A DNA stretch of 50,712 nt from Candidatus Woesearchaeota archaeon (GCA_018303445.1 JAGVYE010000002.1:1-50712); one strand, 5' to 3'; shown: positions 18,798-28,783, counted from the stretch's first letter. Notes: a model not told the origin generated them from the sequence alone. Translations and numbers: made by a program.

Positions 18798-20057
18798 CTA
18801 CGTCCCTTCCTGCCAACTCTCCAAATATTTTTTCTGTTCTGAAGTGAGAGTATCTATCTTTACACCTAAAGCTTCTAATTGTAATTTGGCGATGGTTTCA
18901 TCAATTTCTTTCGGCAGTTCATTCACGCAAATTTTCAATGCTAATTTATTCTTTAATCCGTACTCTACAGCTAAGGCTTGCCCACAAAAAGACATGGCCA
19001 TGACCATGGAAGGATGCCCTTCGGCAGCAGCTAAATTAATTAATCTTCCTTCACCGAGGACAAACAATTTTTTTTCATTCAAGACGAATTCATCCATAAA
19101 CGGCCTGATCCTACGCTGACTGGAAGCTGCTTTTTGTAAGGAGGCCATGTTTATTTCAGCATCAAAATGACCAGCATTTGCCAAAATTGTTCCTTCTTTC
19201 ATGGCTTTCATATGCGGGATGTCGATAACGTTCTTATTTCCCGTTACGGTCACAAAAATTTCTCCTTCATGTATTGCTTCTACGAGAGGCATAACTCTGT
19301 ACCCGTCCATTTTTGCCTGCAGGGCTTTGAATGGATCTACTTCACAGACGATAACATCAGCGCCTAACCCGCGAGCTTTAAGAGCGACGCCTTTCCCGCA
19401 AGGGCCATACCCACAGACAACAATTGTTTTTCCGGCAAGAAGAATATTTGTCGCTCTGATAATTCCGTCCCAAGTACTCTGTCCCGTACCATAATAATTA
19501 TCAAAAAGATGTTTCGTCTTCAAATCATTTATCGCCAAAACCGGATATTTCAAAGCCTTATCTTTGTCCATAGCCTTTAAACGAATAATTCCTGTTGTTG
19601 TTTCTTCGTTACCAAAGAAAATTAAAGGAATCAGTTCAGGGTGATGTTTATGAATTTCTGTTACCAAGTCGCAGCCATCGTCAATAGTGATTTGGGGTTT
19701 AAAGGCAATAACCCGACGGAGGTTTTCATAATATTCTTCACGGCTTTGCCCTTTTTTTGCATATACTTTTACGCCTTCCTTTGCCAAAGACGCAGCAACA
19801 TCATCTTGAGTGGAAAGAGGATTACAAGAACAAATCGCAACATCGGCACCGCCGGCGATGAGAGTCCGAACCAGAACAGCCGTTTCTTTTGTCACATGCA
19901 AGGCGATGCCGACTCTGACGTTCTTCAAGGGCCTCTCACGAGCGAAACGCTGACGTACATTCATTAGTGCGCCCATTTGCTTTTCCGCCCATTCGATGTT
20001 CTTTTTACCTTGGTCGGCTAAAGAAAGATCTTTTACAGTATATTCTTGACCTGTCAT
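18798..20057 (-). CDS. ahcY: Adenosylhomocysteinase
   Basis: LHVTKET, SCNPLSTQD, IDDGCD, EETTTG, KHLFDNYYGTGQS, NAGHFD and NLAAAEGHP motifs. Confidence 0.98.
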   Translation of the reverse strand: MTGQEYTVKDLSLADQGKKNIEWAEKQMGALMNVRQRFARERPLKNVRVGIALHVTKETAVLVRTLIAGGADVAICSCNPLSTQDDVAASLAKEGVKVYAKKGQSREEYYENLRRVIAFKPQITIDDGCDLVTEIHKHHPELIPLIFFGNEETTTGIIRLKAMDKDKALKYPVLAINDLKTKHLFDNYYGTGQSTWDGIIRATNILLAGKTIVVCGYGPCGKGVALKARGLGADVIVCEVDPFKALQAKMDGYRVMPLVEAIHEGEIFVTVTGNKNVIDIPHMKAMKEGTILANAGHFDAEINMASLQKAASSQRRIRPFMDEFVLNEKKLFVLGEGRLINLAAAEGHPSMVMAMSFCGQALAVEYGLKNKLALKICVNELPKEIDETIAKLQLEALGVKIDTLTSEQKKYLESWQEGT

Positions 20058-20115
20058 TCTCGCATCACACTGGATTTGCCGCTAAGCATAATCTATATAA
20101 ACTTTTAGTAATTTA

Positions 20116-21414
20116 ATGCCCCTAATGCCACAATCAGGAGATACCGTAAAGATCATTATCAAAAAAGAGGCCATTACAGGGGTACTTATTCCGAGCCCTA
20201 AGAAAGAAGTAGTGCTTCTTAAATTAGACAATGGATACAATGTTGGTTTTCCCGCAAAAGAGGTTAAGAAAATAGTAATCGTAGATAAAGGGAAAGCCTT
20301 GCCTTTAGTAGCGCAAAAGCTTTCCAAAAGGAAAGATCTACCAACAATAGCGATTCTTCATACTGGTGGAACCATTGCTTCAAAAGTGGATTATCGCACG
20401 GGCAGTGTCACCAGCAAATTTTCTCCGGAAGATTTAGTGAATATGTTTCCTGAATTAAAAGATATTGCCAACATTGAGTCAGAACTTATCTCTCAGATGT
20501 GGTCTGATGATCTCCGCTTCAAGCATTTTTCGTTAATTGCAAAGAAGATCGAAGAATATGTTAAGAAAGGCGTGGCGGGAATTATTATGGGCATAGGAAC
20601 AGACAATCTGGCAGTAGCGTCGGCAGCCCTGGCGTTCATTGTCGAACAGTCTCCGATACCAATTATTCTTGTTGGGGCACAGCGCTCTTCCGATCGAGGA
20701 AGTTCCGACGCGGGGATGAATCTTCTTTGTGCCGCGACGTTCATTGCGAAAACTGATTTTAGAGGAGTGGCGATATGCATGCACCAAGGAAGCAGTGACA
20801 CAAGCTGTGCGATATTGACAGCGACAAAAACGTATAAATTACATTCGTCCCGCCGTGATGCTTTCAAACCAATTAATGATGAGATTATCGCGACTATTGA
20901 TTCCGTGACCAGGAAAATAACGTATGTAAAGAAAGAATATCCCAAAAGTGCGAAACCGCTTCTTCTGAAGCCAAAAATGGAAGAAAAAGTTGGTTTGTTA
21001 AAAATTCACATTAACATGTTTCCAAAACAATTCGAATTTTTTAAAGGCTATAAAGGCCTGATCCTGGAAGGCACAGGTTTAGGCCACACACCTGGTCAAG
21101 CACCAAATGCGGAAGCAGCGATTCATAAAAAAATATATCCGGCAATGAAAAAAATAATGGCCTCGGGCTGTGTCGTAGTGATGACCACCCAGTGCCTTTT
21201 TGGAAGCGTGAATATGAATGTTTATGATAAAGGCCGTGACCTTCTAGACTTAGGGGTAATTCCAGGAAAAGATATGTTAGCGAACACGGCGTTTGTAAAA
21301 TTATCCTGGTTATTAGCCAACTATCCTAAAAAAGAAGTTGAGAAAATGATGCAAGATAATTTACGAGGAGAAATTAACGAAAAGATCGCGTATGCAGAAG
21401 ATTTCCTAAAATAA
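20116..21414 (+). CDS. gatD: Glutamyl-tRNA(Gln) amidotransferase subunit D
   Basis: KLDNGYNVG, TGGTIASKVDYRTG, GTD, GAQRSSDRGSSD and KLHSSRRDAF motifs. Confidence 0.96.
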   Translation: MPLMPQSGDTVKIIIKKEAITGVLIPSPKKEVVLLKLDNGYNVGFPAKEVKKIVIVDKGKALPLVAQKLSKRKDLPTIAILHTGGTIASKVDYRTGSVTSKFSPEDLVNMFPELKDIANIESELISQMWSDDLRFKHFSLIAKKIEEYVKKGVAGIIMGIGTDNLAVASAALAFIVEQSPIPIILVGAQRSSDRGSSDAGMNLLCAATFIAKTDFRGVAICMHQGSSDTSCAILTATKTYKLHSSRRDAFKPINDEIIATIDSVTRKITYVKKEYPKSAKPLLLKPKMEEKVGLLKIHINMFPKQFEFFKGYKGLILEGTGLGHTPGQAPNAEAAIHKKIYPAMKKIMASGCVVVMTTQCLFGSVNMNVYDKGRDLLDLGVIPGKDMLANTAFVKLSWLLANYPKKEVEKMMQDNLRGEINEKIAYAEDFLK

Positions 21415-21420
21415 AAAAAG

Positions 21421-21690
21421 GTGGTTTTGATGAAGTTATATTTTGTGTTGCTGATAGTGTTATTATTTTTAATTGCCGCTTGTACACCAGAAGAGAAACA
21501 ATGTACTGTTAATGAAGACTGCATCCCTTCACAGTGTTGCCATGCCACGGAGACCGTGAATAAAAAAAATGCTCCTGACTGCCGCAATGTGCTATGTACA
21601 TTGCAATGCGAGCCTGGAACTTTGGACTGTGGGCAAGGGGAAGTTAAGTGTGTTGACAACATCTGTACAGCAGTTATCAAGGAAAAATAA
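21421..21690 (+). CDS. Small Cys-rich secreted/lipoprotein
   Basis: Hydrophobic leader ending IAAC, followed by a cluster of Cys (C..EDC.PSQCCH...C...CTLQC...C....C...C). Confidence 0.7.
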   Translation: MVLMKLYFVLLIVLLFLIAACTPEEKQCTVNEDCIPSQCCHATETVNKKNAPDCRNVLCTLQCEPGTLDCGQGEVKCVDNICTAVIKEK

Positions 21691-22382
21691 TGAGAAATGC
21701 AAAATTATTTCATAAGACCAAAGGACTGATACGTGATTTTGTTTTTGGCATGCAGGATGGGCTGATCTCTAATCTTGGACTAGTGCTGGGCGTATGGCAA
21801 GGCGGCGGCGGGAAAATTGCGATTGTTCTGGCGGGATTGTCAAGCATGTTTGCGGGAGCTTTTTCCATGTCCACTGGTTCGTATCTTTCTGCGAAATCGC
21901 AGCGAGAAGTATACGAACAGGAGATTAGAATGGCACAGGAAGATGTAAAAAATAACCCTAATAGAAATCTTAAGAAAATGCAGCCGATCTTGCAACAAGA
22001 AGGATTTGATAAAGATGAAGTTCAAGCCTTGCTCAACCATTTTAAAAACCATAACCAGTCTACATTTACCATAAACTATATTCAAAAAAAATTAGGTCTT
22101 TCGGAACAGCGTCTGGATCTACCTTTAAAGAATGCGTTCACCATGTTTTTATCTTTTTTAGTAGGTTCATTGTTTCCAATACTGCCCTTTGCCTTTTTAG
22201 AAAATTCTACGGCCGTTTTTGTGGCTAGTAGCATAACAATAGTAGTATTATTCATGGTAGGATGGACTAAATCATTATATACAAAAATGAACTTTATTAG
22301 GTCTGGATTGGAGATTGTTACCGTAGGAATAATTTCAGGGATAATTGGATATATAGTGGGGTATATTTTTAGTATCATCTAG
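21690..22382 (+). CDS. VIT1/CCC1 family metal transporter
   Basis: RDFVFGMQDGL, AGAFSMSTGSYLSAKSQRE and SFLVGSLFPILPF motifs. Confidence 0.92.
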   Translation: MRNAKLFHKTKGLIRDFVFGMQDGLISNLGLVLGVWQGGGGKIAIVLAGLSSMFAGAFSMSTGSYLSAKSQREVYEQEIRMAQEDVKNNPNRNLKKMQPILQQEGFDKDEVQALLNHFKNHNQSTFTINYIQKKLGLSEQRLDLPLKNAFTMFLSFLVGSLFPILPFAFLENSTAVFVASSITIVVLFMVGWTKSLYTKMNFIRSGLEIVTVGIISGIIGYIVGYIFSII

Positions 22383-22477
22383 TCCTGGTGTCAAAATCGT
22401 GAGAAATAAGTCGTTTCGAGGAATTAAGCTACTTTTGTGTCATCATATTTAAATTAAGGCTTTGGCGGGAGAAGAGT

Positions 22478-22786
22478 ATGGTAAAAGCTTTTACGCTGGA
22501 TGATATTTTACCTGCTTTTATAATTGATGATTTGAGAAAGCAAGAAGAAAGAAGACGCCAGGAAGATTTCTGGAGGCCACGAGTGGAAATTTCTGAAAAG
22601 TTGCCTCGCTATCAACCTGAACAACCTGCTGCTGATGAGGAAGGGCAGCCATGGCGAGAGGTGATTACTCCAGACGATAGAGATGATGAAGATTCTTTTA
22701 ACTTAGGGAGTGGGTATATGGCAAGAAGCGCTGAACAGAGAGTTAGATATGACTCTTCTTCGGCAAGTGGAGGATATAGAATATAA
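22478..22786 (+). CDS. Hypothetical protein
   Basis: 102-aa ORF with TTTAAAT box and purine-rich RBS upstream. Confidence 0.6.
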   Translation: MVKAFTLDDILPAFIIDDLRKQEERRRQEDFWRPRVEISEKLPRYQPEQPAADEEGQPWREVITPDDRDDEDSFNLGSGYMARSAEQRVRYDSSSASGGYRI

Positions 22787-22854
22787 AAGCACTTTTTCTT
22801 TTTTTATGAATTTTTGAAAGTAAGTTTTTTAAATATATATTTAATAACAAGAAT

Positions 22855-23094
22855 ATGATTGTTAGGATTAATATTGACGGAGTTACTGTCGATGTAGATT
22901 TAGGTGAAACTGAAAGACTTTATATTCCTGTCCCACCCGTCGATGAAGGAGACAAAAAGAAAAGAATAGTACCTGAAGAAGATCAACCATGGAAGAAAGT
23001 TCCTGAAATACATCCCCACATTCCTCCTCCCAAAGAACCTCCGCGCCCAGAAGCTCGTATTTATGATTTAACTTCCCGCCTTTATAGGACATGA
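22855..23094 (+). CDS. Hypothetical Pro-rich protein
   Basis: 79-aa ORF with TATA upstream and ATGA overlap with mpg. Confidence 0.55.
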   Translation: MIVRINIDGVTVDVDLGETERLYIPVPPVDEGDKKKRIVPEEDQPWKKVPEIHPHIPPPKEPPRPEARIYDLTSRLYRT

Positions 23095-23642
23095 AACTTC
23101 TTTCTGAAAACTTCTTTGCACGGGATACCGTCGCGGTAGCACGTGATCTTCTCGGGAAAGTTGTGATGGTTAATGGATGTTCTGCCCGCGTTGTGGAAAC
23201 TGAGGCCTATAAACAGGACAAAGCCTCTCATGCGTACAAAAAAACGGAGCGGAGTTTATTGATGTATGATACCTATGGATATGTTTATGTCTACCTTATT
23301 TATGGAATGTATTGGTGCTTGAATTTCACGACAGAGAAAAAGGGAGTTGGAGCCGTCTTAATACGTGCTGTGGAACCACTTTCAGGGATAGAAGAAATGA
23401 AAAAAAGGAGAAAAGAAGAAATAATAGCAACAAATCTTTGTTCTGGTCCTGGAAAAGTATGTATGGCTTTGGGTATTGACAAGAGATTAAATGGTCTCAA
23501 AATTGGAAATGAAGTTAAATTATTTGAGGACAATTATCTCGTAAAAGAAATAAGGAAATCTTCCCGCATTGGAATTAAAGAAGCACAGCATCTTCCTTGG
23601 AGATTTTTTGTTGAAGGAAATAAGTTTGTGAGCCGAGGATAA
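23091..23642 (+). CDS. mpg: 3-methyladenine DNA glycosylase (MPG/AAG family)
   Basis: VARDLLGK, VVETEAY, YVYLIYGMYWCLN, AVLIRA, SGPGK, SRIGI and PWRF motifs. Confidence 0.95.
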   Translation: MKLLSENFFARDTVAVARDLLGKVVMVNGCSARVVETEAYKQDKASHAYKKTERSLLMYDTYGYVYVYLIYGMYWCLNFTTEKKGVGAVLIRAVEPLSGIEEMKKRRKEEIIATNLCSGPGKVCMALGIDKRLNGLKIGNEVKLFEDNYLVKEIRKSSRIGIKEAQHLPWRFFVEGNKFVSRG

Positions 23643-23730
23643 TTCGCCAAGATTCTATGCGTGTCGTCGCCTTCAAAAGCACTAACTGAGAGATAATCTT
23701 TTAAAGTAATCTTTAATTTTGTAACGGGAT

Positions 23731-23854
23731 GCGGGGGTGGGAGAGCCTGGTCAAATCCGCTAGCTTGAGGCGGCGAGAAACTCTGTTTTAATGGTTTGCG
23801 CGGCAAACGGCTAGTCCCTTAGTGGGTACGCGTGTTCGAATCACGTCCCCCGCA
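23731..23854 (+). tRNA. trnL: tRNA-Leu(GAG) with 38-nt canonical intron (~23771-23808)
   Basis: Acceptor GCGGGGG/CCCCCGC+A, CTAGC-TTGAGG[intron]G-GCTAG anticodon arm, long variable arm, GCGTG-TTCGAAT-CACGT T-arm. TTTTAAA box upstream. Confidence 0.93.
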
Positions 23855-24001
23855 TTTATTCCTAATTTGGAGCGTATTACGCTTCAAAGTATCAATTTCT
23901 TCTGGATCTTCATTCTTCTGTGCCGTAACCGTTCTCTTCCATTCCTGACTTCCTTTGGTATTAGTTTTTGTTTTTCTATTCTACATAATAGAAATATCTA
24001 T

Positions 24002-25111
24002 TTAACTTTCTTCTACTTTTATTCTTATTCCCATTTTCTTCAGATCTTCAAACAATTTCTTGGTATTGACAATATGCCCCATAAAATGTAATCCTGGTTT
24101 TTTAATCGTTCCTGCAAGGTACTGTTTAATGCAAGCGACAATAGGCGCAGCTGTAAAAAGGAAAGGATCATCATGTTCCGCGATAATTTTGACCTTCTTT
24201 ATTTGGCCGTCCTTAAGGCCCTCGGCTTCTAATAGAAAGACAACTTTATGCTGTTTTGGCGAGAAGGTATTAACTCCCCAATAAATTAACTTTGTAAACA
24301 ACACCGTGCCACTGTTTTTTTTAACTTTATGAAAAAGCATAATCAAAGGAAAAACGAAGTTATCCACAAACCAATTAAATCCTGCCACGTAGGTTCCAAG
24401 TTCTTTTAAATCATATCGTTTGGGGAGAGATTTCAACTCTTCCATCCTTAAAGGGAAACATTTCTTCTTTCCAAACGGCGGTGGAAACTGAAAGGTCTGA
24501 AAGTCTCTAAAAGTTGCTTTCCTCCAATTTTCTCCGTCAAAAATTTCCGCGTCAAATTCCCTTGCAACTTTAACTAAATCAATGGTTGATTCCGGTTTCT
24601 CAAAACGGGCATTCATGGCCATACCAATAACCGCCGTATCATATCGATCAAAATAATTCGCTCCTTCTCTCACGAAAACAGCAGGCAGTCCGGGATGAAA
24701 TCCAGCTTGGGTAATAAAGATCCGTTTCGCTTTCACTATTTTCTCTTTGAGAGGCGAAAGCCTGGCAAACGTTTCTTGGTTAAACAGGAAATCCAGATAA
24801 TCGATTCCGGCGTTTAACGCCGCTTCGGCAACCATAAAACAAGATTCCGGCGTCGTTGTCGCGAGAATGACTAAATCAACATTAGGCAAAGCGGCGGTGA
24901 CGCTTTCTTTATTATCAGTGTCCACAAAACAGGCGGAAGCTCTCCCGTCGTGGAATTCTTGATTTAACAAAGCGCTGATTTCTTCCGCTTTTTCTTTCCT
25001 TCGCCCGGCTATAACGACATTAACAGAAGTTTCTCTCAATAAGGTTCTGGCAACAATTTTTCCTGTTCCCCCATAACCACCGATGATGAGAATTGTTTTT
25101 TTTTTGATCAT
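24002..25111 (-). CDS. Saccharopine dehydrogenase-like NAD(P)-dependent oxidoreductase
   Basis: IIGGYGGTG Rossmann motif, IAGRR, GIDYLD and AGFHPGLP. Confidence 0.85.
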   Translation of the reverse strand: MIKKKTILIIGGYGGTGKIVARTLLRETSVNVVIAGRRKEKAEEISALLNQEFHDGRASACFVDTDNKESVTAALPNVDLVILATTTPESCFMVAEAALNAGIDYLDFLFNQETFARLSPLKEKIVKAKRIFITQAGFHPGLPAVFVREGANYFDRYDTAVIGMAMNARFEKPESTIDLVKVAREFDAEIFDGENWRKATFRDFQTFQFPPPFGKKKCFPLRMEELKSLPKRYDLKELGTYVAGFNWFVDNFVFPLIMLFHKVKKNSGTVLFTKLIYWGVNTFSPKQHKVVFLLEAEGLKDGQIKKVKIIAEHDDPFLFTAAPIVACIKQYLAGTIKKPGLHFMGHIVNTKKLFEDLKKMGIRIKVEES

Positions 25112-26244
25112 ACAAAATCAACCTCTATTTCTAATTGATCTGCTGTGGGGTATTCTTTAACTATGGCTAGAAGGAAGTGATACTTTTTAAAAGTAGCGTG
25201 ATACTTTCTAAGATTTTTAGCAGAGAGCAAAAGACGTATTTTGTTCTGATCTACAAAAAAGTCTTCATCAGTAAAAGATAATTCCCGCTTTATTTTACTT
25301 TGGATATCAAACAACTGGGAAAGGAGCTTTTCTTTGGGCGCTTCCGCAAGCTTTTTTCGATAGCTAAACCCAGGCGCGAGTTCCGGCAAATACAAAGCGC
25401 CCCGTATCAACATTCCTTCTGGCGTGACAACGTCAAACTTTTTTTTCACGTTTTTTCCTTCTCTTTGAAGCCTATTCGTAAGTTGAATGCCATCTTTTAG
25501 TTTTGCGGTGCAAAGATGCGCTGGTAATTTCCAGGGAAGTTTTTTTATGTACTCTAACAGTCCTAATCCTACTTCTAAAGAACCTTTCACAGCGTAGCTT
25601 AAAGTATCTTTGGTCTCAAATCCCATCTCACATAACTTTGATTGACTATTATCAGCTATTTCTAATTCATTGAGAACGAGAAAATCAACTTTTCTGCCAA
25701 TAAAATCAATTACTTCTTTTAATTCCTTTTTCTTTGACGGGAGAAGCGGAAGTTCAACCCCAGTCTTCCAGGGAAATTCTTGGGCAATTTCTAAATTTTT
25801 CCAGAATAATGTTGAGTCTAAATCAAAGTGAAAACGAATCTCATCTAAGCCGGCATTACAAAGCCTTTGCAGCTTTTCTCTGGTAACAAGATTTAAAGAG
25901 GTGTATAAATGAATATGAAATTCGGACCCATAGCTCTCTTTTAATTTTCTAATATATTGGATCGTTCTTTCGATTTTTGTTAAAGGATCGCCTCCTGTAA
26001 AGCCAGCCCCAAAAGCGTTCATGGCCTTTGCTTCTTCCAAAAGATCCTCTTCCTTTTCAACTTTACGTTCATTGGCAAAAGTTACATCTTGATCAAATTT
26101 AGCGTCTGAAACAGGACAAAAGTAACAGCGTCGCGGACATAATCCGGTGACAAAAAGAACTAGTTTCTCTCCTTTTACACAATACCGGCAACCTGAGGGA
26201 AGTTCTCCGAGATTAAAAGAGTGATACTGGTTCTGGGCAATCAT
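25108..26244 (-). CDS. Radical SAM protein (archaeal COG2108-like)
   Basis: GC.YC.KGEKLVLFVTGLCPRRCYFCPVS, TGGDPL, HIHLYT, GLDEIRFH and H.CTAKLKD..QL motifs. Likely start is 26244. Confidence 0.88.
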   Translation of the reverse strand: MIAQNQYHSFNLGELPSGCRYCVKGEKLVLFVTGLCPRRCYFCPVSDAKFDQDVTFANERKVEKEEDLLEEAKAMNAFGAGFTGGDPLTKIERTIQYIRKLKESYGSEFHIHLYTSLNLVTREKLQRLCNAGLDEIRFHFDLDSTLFWKNLEIAQEFPWKTGVELPLLPSKKKELKEVIDFIGRKVDFLVLNELEIADNSQSKLCEMGFETKDTLSYAVKGSLEVGLGLLEYIKKLPWKLPAHLCTAKLKDGIQLTNRLQREGKNVKKKFDVVTPEGMLIRGALYLPELAPGFSYRKKLAEAPKEKLLSQLFDIQSKIKRELSFTDEDFFVDQNKIRLLLSAKNLRKYHATFKKYHFLLAIVKEYPTADQLEIEVDFV

Positions 26245-26388
26245 AATAAATGCTAAATTGCTAACTTCTTTTAAATATTCGCTTAACATATGCGATCGCC
26301 GTTATGTGCCCCGAACGGAAAGAAGTGGAGTGATAGTGCAACAGGGTCGAGCGACTGAAAGGAGCGAAGAAGTCTGACGGAGTGGTTC

Positions 26389-26832
26389 TTATTCATTAAA
26401 TATCTCATTCAATCCATAAAGTGATTTTCTAATATAATCTTTTACAATCCATTTAATCAAAAGAAAGTCCATAAATTCTCCACCAAGATAAATCGGAACT
26501 TTGTATTTTATGGAAACAGTCAAGATTGTCTGCTCTTGCTTTATCTCTTTGACATCCATTGAAGAATTAAATGCAACTCCAAACAATTTACCAGTATATG
26601 CAACATATTTCTGTTCTTGCCAACGGATAATTTTCTCTGTTGATTTTAATTTGAATGGACCTAATTTTCCATACCATTCATAGCTCGCACCAATTCCTGT
26701 CGAATTTGGGCTGGTAGTTTTTCCGTCGGCATAGCCATAGACATATTTGGGGAAATTTTCCGGTTTTGTTATGAACTTCCAAATGTCTTCTAGTTTACCA
26801 TTAAGTGTAATTTTTTGACTTACACTTCCCAT
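26389..26832 (-). CDS. SRPBCC / polyketide cyclase-like protein
   Basis: 147 aa with pattern V...I......IWKFI..PENFPKY....GIGASYEW, typical of the Bet v1/START fold. Confidence 0.8.
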   Translation of the reverse strand: MGSVSQKITLNGKLEDIWKFITKPENFPKYVYGYADGKTTSPNSTGIGASYEWYGKLGPFKLKSTEKIIRWQEQKYVAYTGKLFGVAFNSSMDVKEIKQEQTILTVSIKYKVPIYLGGEFMDFLLIKWIVKDYIRKSLYGLNEIFNE

Positions 26833-26835
26833 ATT

Positions 26836-27501
26836 TTATCTCTCTCTTTTAACAGATACAGCAATAAAAAATGTGCCCAAATTAAGATTTTCCGCTTCCA
26901 CATTCCCAAAGATTTCTTTCATTTTTTCCGGTATGTTTTTAGAATGGTCCCACGCTGCAAATTTTGAGTAAATTAATCTAATCAACGGATTAAGGATTTT
27001 TAAAAATCCAGTAAAAAGACGGGCATCGCAAATAACCAATTTTCCTTCATAGCGAAGAACATCATGGCATCTTTCAAGTGCTTTTTCCCACTCGGGAATT
27101 GCACTAATTCCAAGAACACTTAGAATACCATCAAAATTGTTTTCAGTTATTTGAAGCTGTGCTGCATCGCCCTGAACTGATTTGATATTCCAACCATTTT
27201 GTTTACATAGTCGTTTTGCGGCATCAAGCATTTCTCGGCTGTAATCAAAACCAAGGATAAAACCGCCTTTGCCTACGGCTCCAGCCAAGTAAGGGAAATT
27301 TCTACCTGAACCACAGGCAACTTCTAAGGCTTTGTCACCTCTTTTCAACCCCATCTTTTGGATGGCTTGGCTTCTTATGGTTTTTGCTCTCCCTAAAAAG
27401 GTGATTGCATCTTGCGCACTGTAAAGAGAGGGGAATCTTCCCCAAAAGGAATACACTTTTTTTACTTTCTTTAATTTATCAGTTTGTGAATCTTTTGTCA
27501 T
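26836..27501 (-). CDS. Class I SAM-dependent methyltransferase (UbiE-like)
   Basis: ALEVACGSG, GFDYSREML, QGDA, FDG and GKLVICD motifs. Confidence 0.9.
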   Translation of the reverse strand: MTKDSQTDKLKKVKKVYSFWGRFPSLYSAQDAITFLGRAKTIRSQAIQKMGLKRGDKALEVACGSGRNFPYLAGAVGKGGFILGFDYSREMLDAAKRLCKQNGWNIKSVQGDAAQLQITENNFDGILSVLGISAIPEWEKALERCHDVLRYEGKLVICDARLFTGFLKILNPLIRLIYSKFAAWDHSKNIPEKMKEIFGNVEAENLNLGTFFIAVSVKRER

Positions 27502-27675
27502 TTTTTATATTGATGGAATGATTTATATAAACTTTCTTATAAGAACTCCGTAGCCATATTGCGCTTAACAACCGTGAAGGATGAACAATGGTGGATGAAG
27601 AATGGCTTATTGCTCATTTCTGAAATCATTAAATCTAAGAGAAAAATTATTATATAATCTTCTGAAAAAGAAACT

Positions 27676-28728
27676 ATGGATACTTTAAATTTTAACTTAA
27701 CCAGGTTAATAGAATTGGCCCAGGTAGAATACAAAAAACAGTTTTCTTCCACCGTCAGCTTTGAACGCGCCGTATTCTTCAGCTGGGGTTGTACGATCGG
27801 AGATTGTGCGTTCTGTTATATGAGCACGCAACCACCAGATAAACCACTGAGAGAAACAAAGCGCAGCCATGCTTCCATTTTAGCAGAATTTCTTTTGGCA
27901 AAACATTTAGGATGGGATATTGGTTTCTTTACCGGTGGAATTGGCGTTTTGAAACCAGAGGAACTAGAATTTTTGCTGAAAGCAATTATAGAAATTATTA
28001 ATGATAAATTATGGTTATCTGTCGGGCCTTTATCAAAACCTTTACTAGAGCGATATAAACCATACCTTAAAGGCGTTGTAGGTTCAACGGAAACAATTAA
28101 CTCTAAATTACATAAAATGGTCTGTCCTTCCAAACCATTGGTTCCATATGAGAGAATGTTTGAGTTCGCTCAGCAAATGGGATTCCAGAAGGCGATGACC
28201 TTTATCGTCGGATTAGGAGAGATGAAAGAAGACTTGGTGTTACTTATTGATTTTATTAAAAAATATCAAATTGATAAAATCCATGTTTATGGATTAATTC
28301 CGGAAAAAGGAACTTGGTATGAGAAAGCTGCTATTCCTTCTCAGGAAGATCAAGCCTGGTGGATAGCGCAGTTACGAATTCATTTTCCTACTTTAGACAT
28401 TCAATGCGGGGTGTGGGAAGATAGAGTGGAGAGAATTGCCTTCTTGCTTCAAGCCGGGGCTAATTCTATCTCTAAATTTAAAGCGCTGAAGTTATTTGGC
28501 ACAAAGAGAGCGGCAGAAATAGAAAAGCAAGTGCTAGCCGCGGGAAGGGTGTTCAAAGGAACATTGACGGAAATACCTGATGTTAACTGGGATGCAGAAG
28601 TGCAAAAATTATCTTTTTCAAATGAATTGAAGGAAAGAATTAAAGAGAAATTAGGGCTTTATTTGGAAGGAATGAAAAAAAATCAGAAGAAAAAGACCTG
28701 CCCTACAATGGGGGCAGTTCTGGTTTAG
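27676..28728 (+). CDS. BioB-like radical SAM protein
   Basis: ERAVFFSWGCTIGDCAFCYMS (CX4CX2C), VCPSKP, IVGLGE, WIAQLRI.FP and AGANSISKF motifs. Confidence 0.85.
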   Translation: MDTLNFNLTRLIELAQVEYKKQFSSTVSFERAVFFSWGCTIGDCAFCYMSTQPPDKPLRETKRSHASILAEFLLAKHLGWDIGFFTGGIGVLKPEELEFLLKAIIEIINDKLWLSVGPLSKPLLERYKPYLKGVVGSTETINSKLHKMVCPSKPLVPYERMFEFAQQMGFQKAMTFIVGLGEMKEDLVLLIDFIKKYQIDKIHVYGLIPEKGTWYEKAAIPSQEDQAWWIAQLRIHFPTLDIQCGVWEDRVERIAFLLQAGANSISKFKALKLFGTKRAAEIEKQVLAAGRVFKGTLTEIPDVNWDAEVQKLSFSNELKERIKEKLGLYLEGMKKNQKKKTCPTMGAVLV

Positions 28729-28783
28729 ATCTTCTTTTTTTGCGAAAAATGATAAAAATGTGTCAAAACAATCTTAAAGAGAT

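Larger units (their letters stand above)
26275..27570. repeat. Imperfect direct repeats (and inner inverted repeats) bounding a two-gene cassette
   Basis: Direct: ATATT-CGCTTAACA (26275-26288) and ATATTGCGCTTAACA (27556-27570). Inverted: ACGGAGTGGTTCTTAT (26377-26392) and ATAAGAACTCCGT (27539-27551). Confidence 0.5.
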
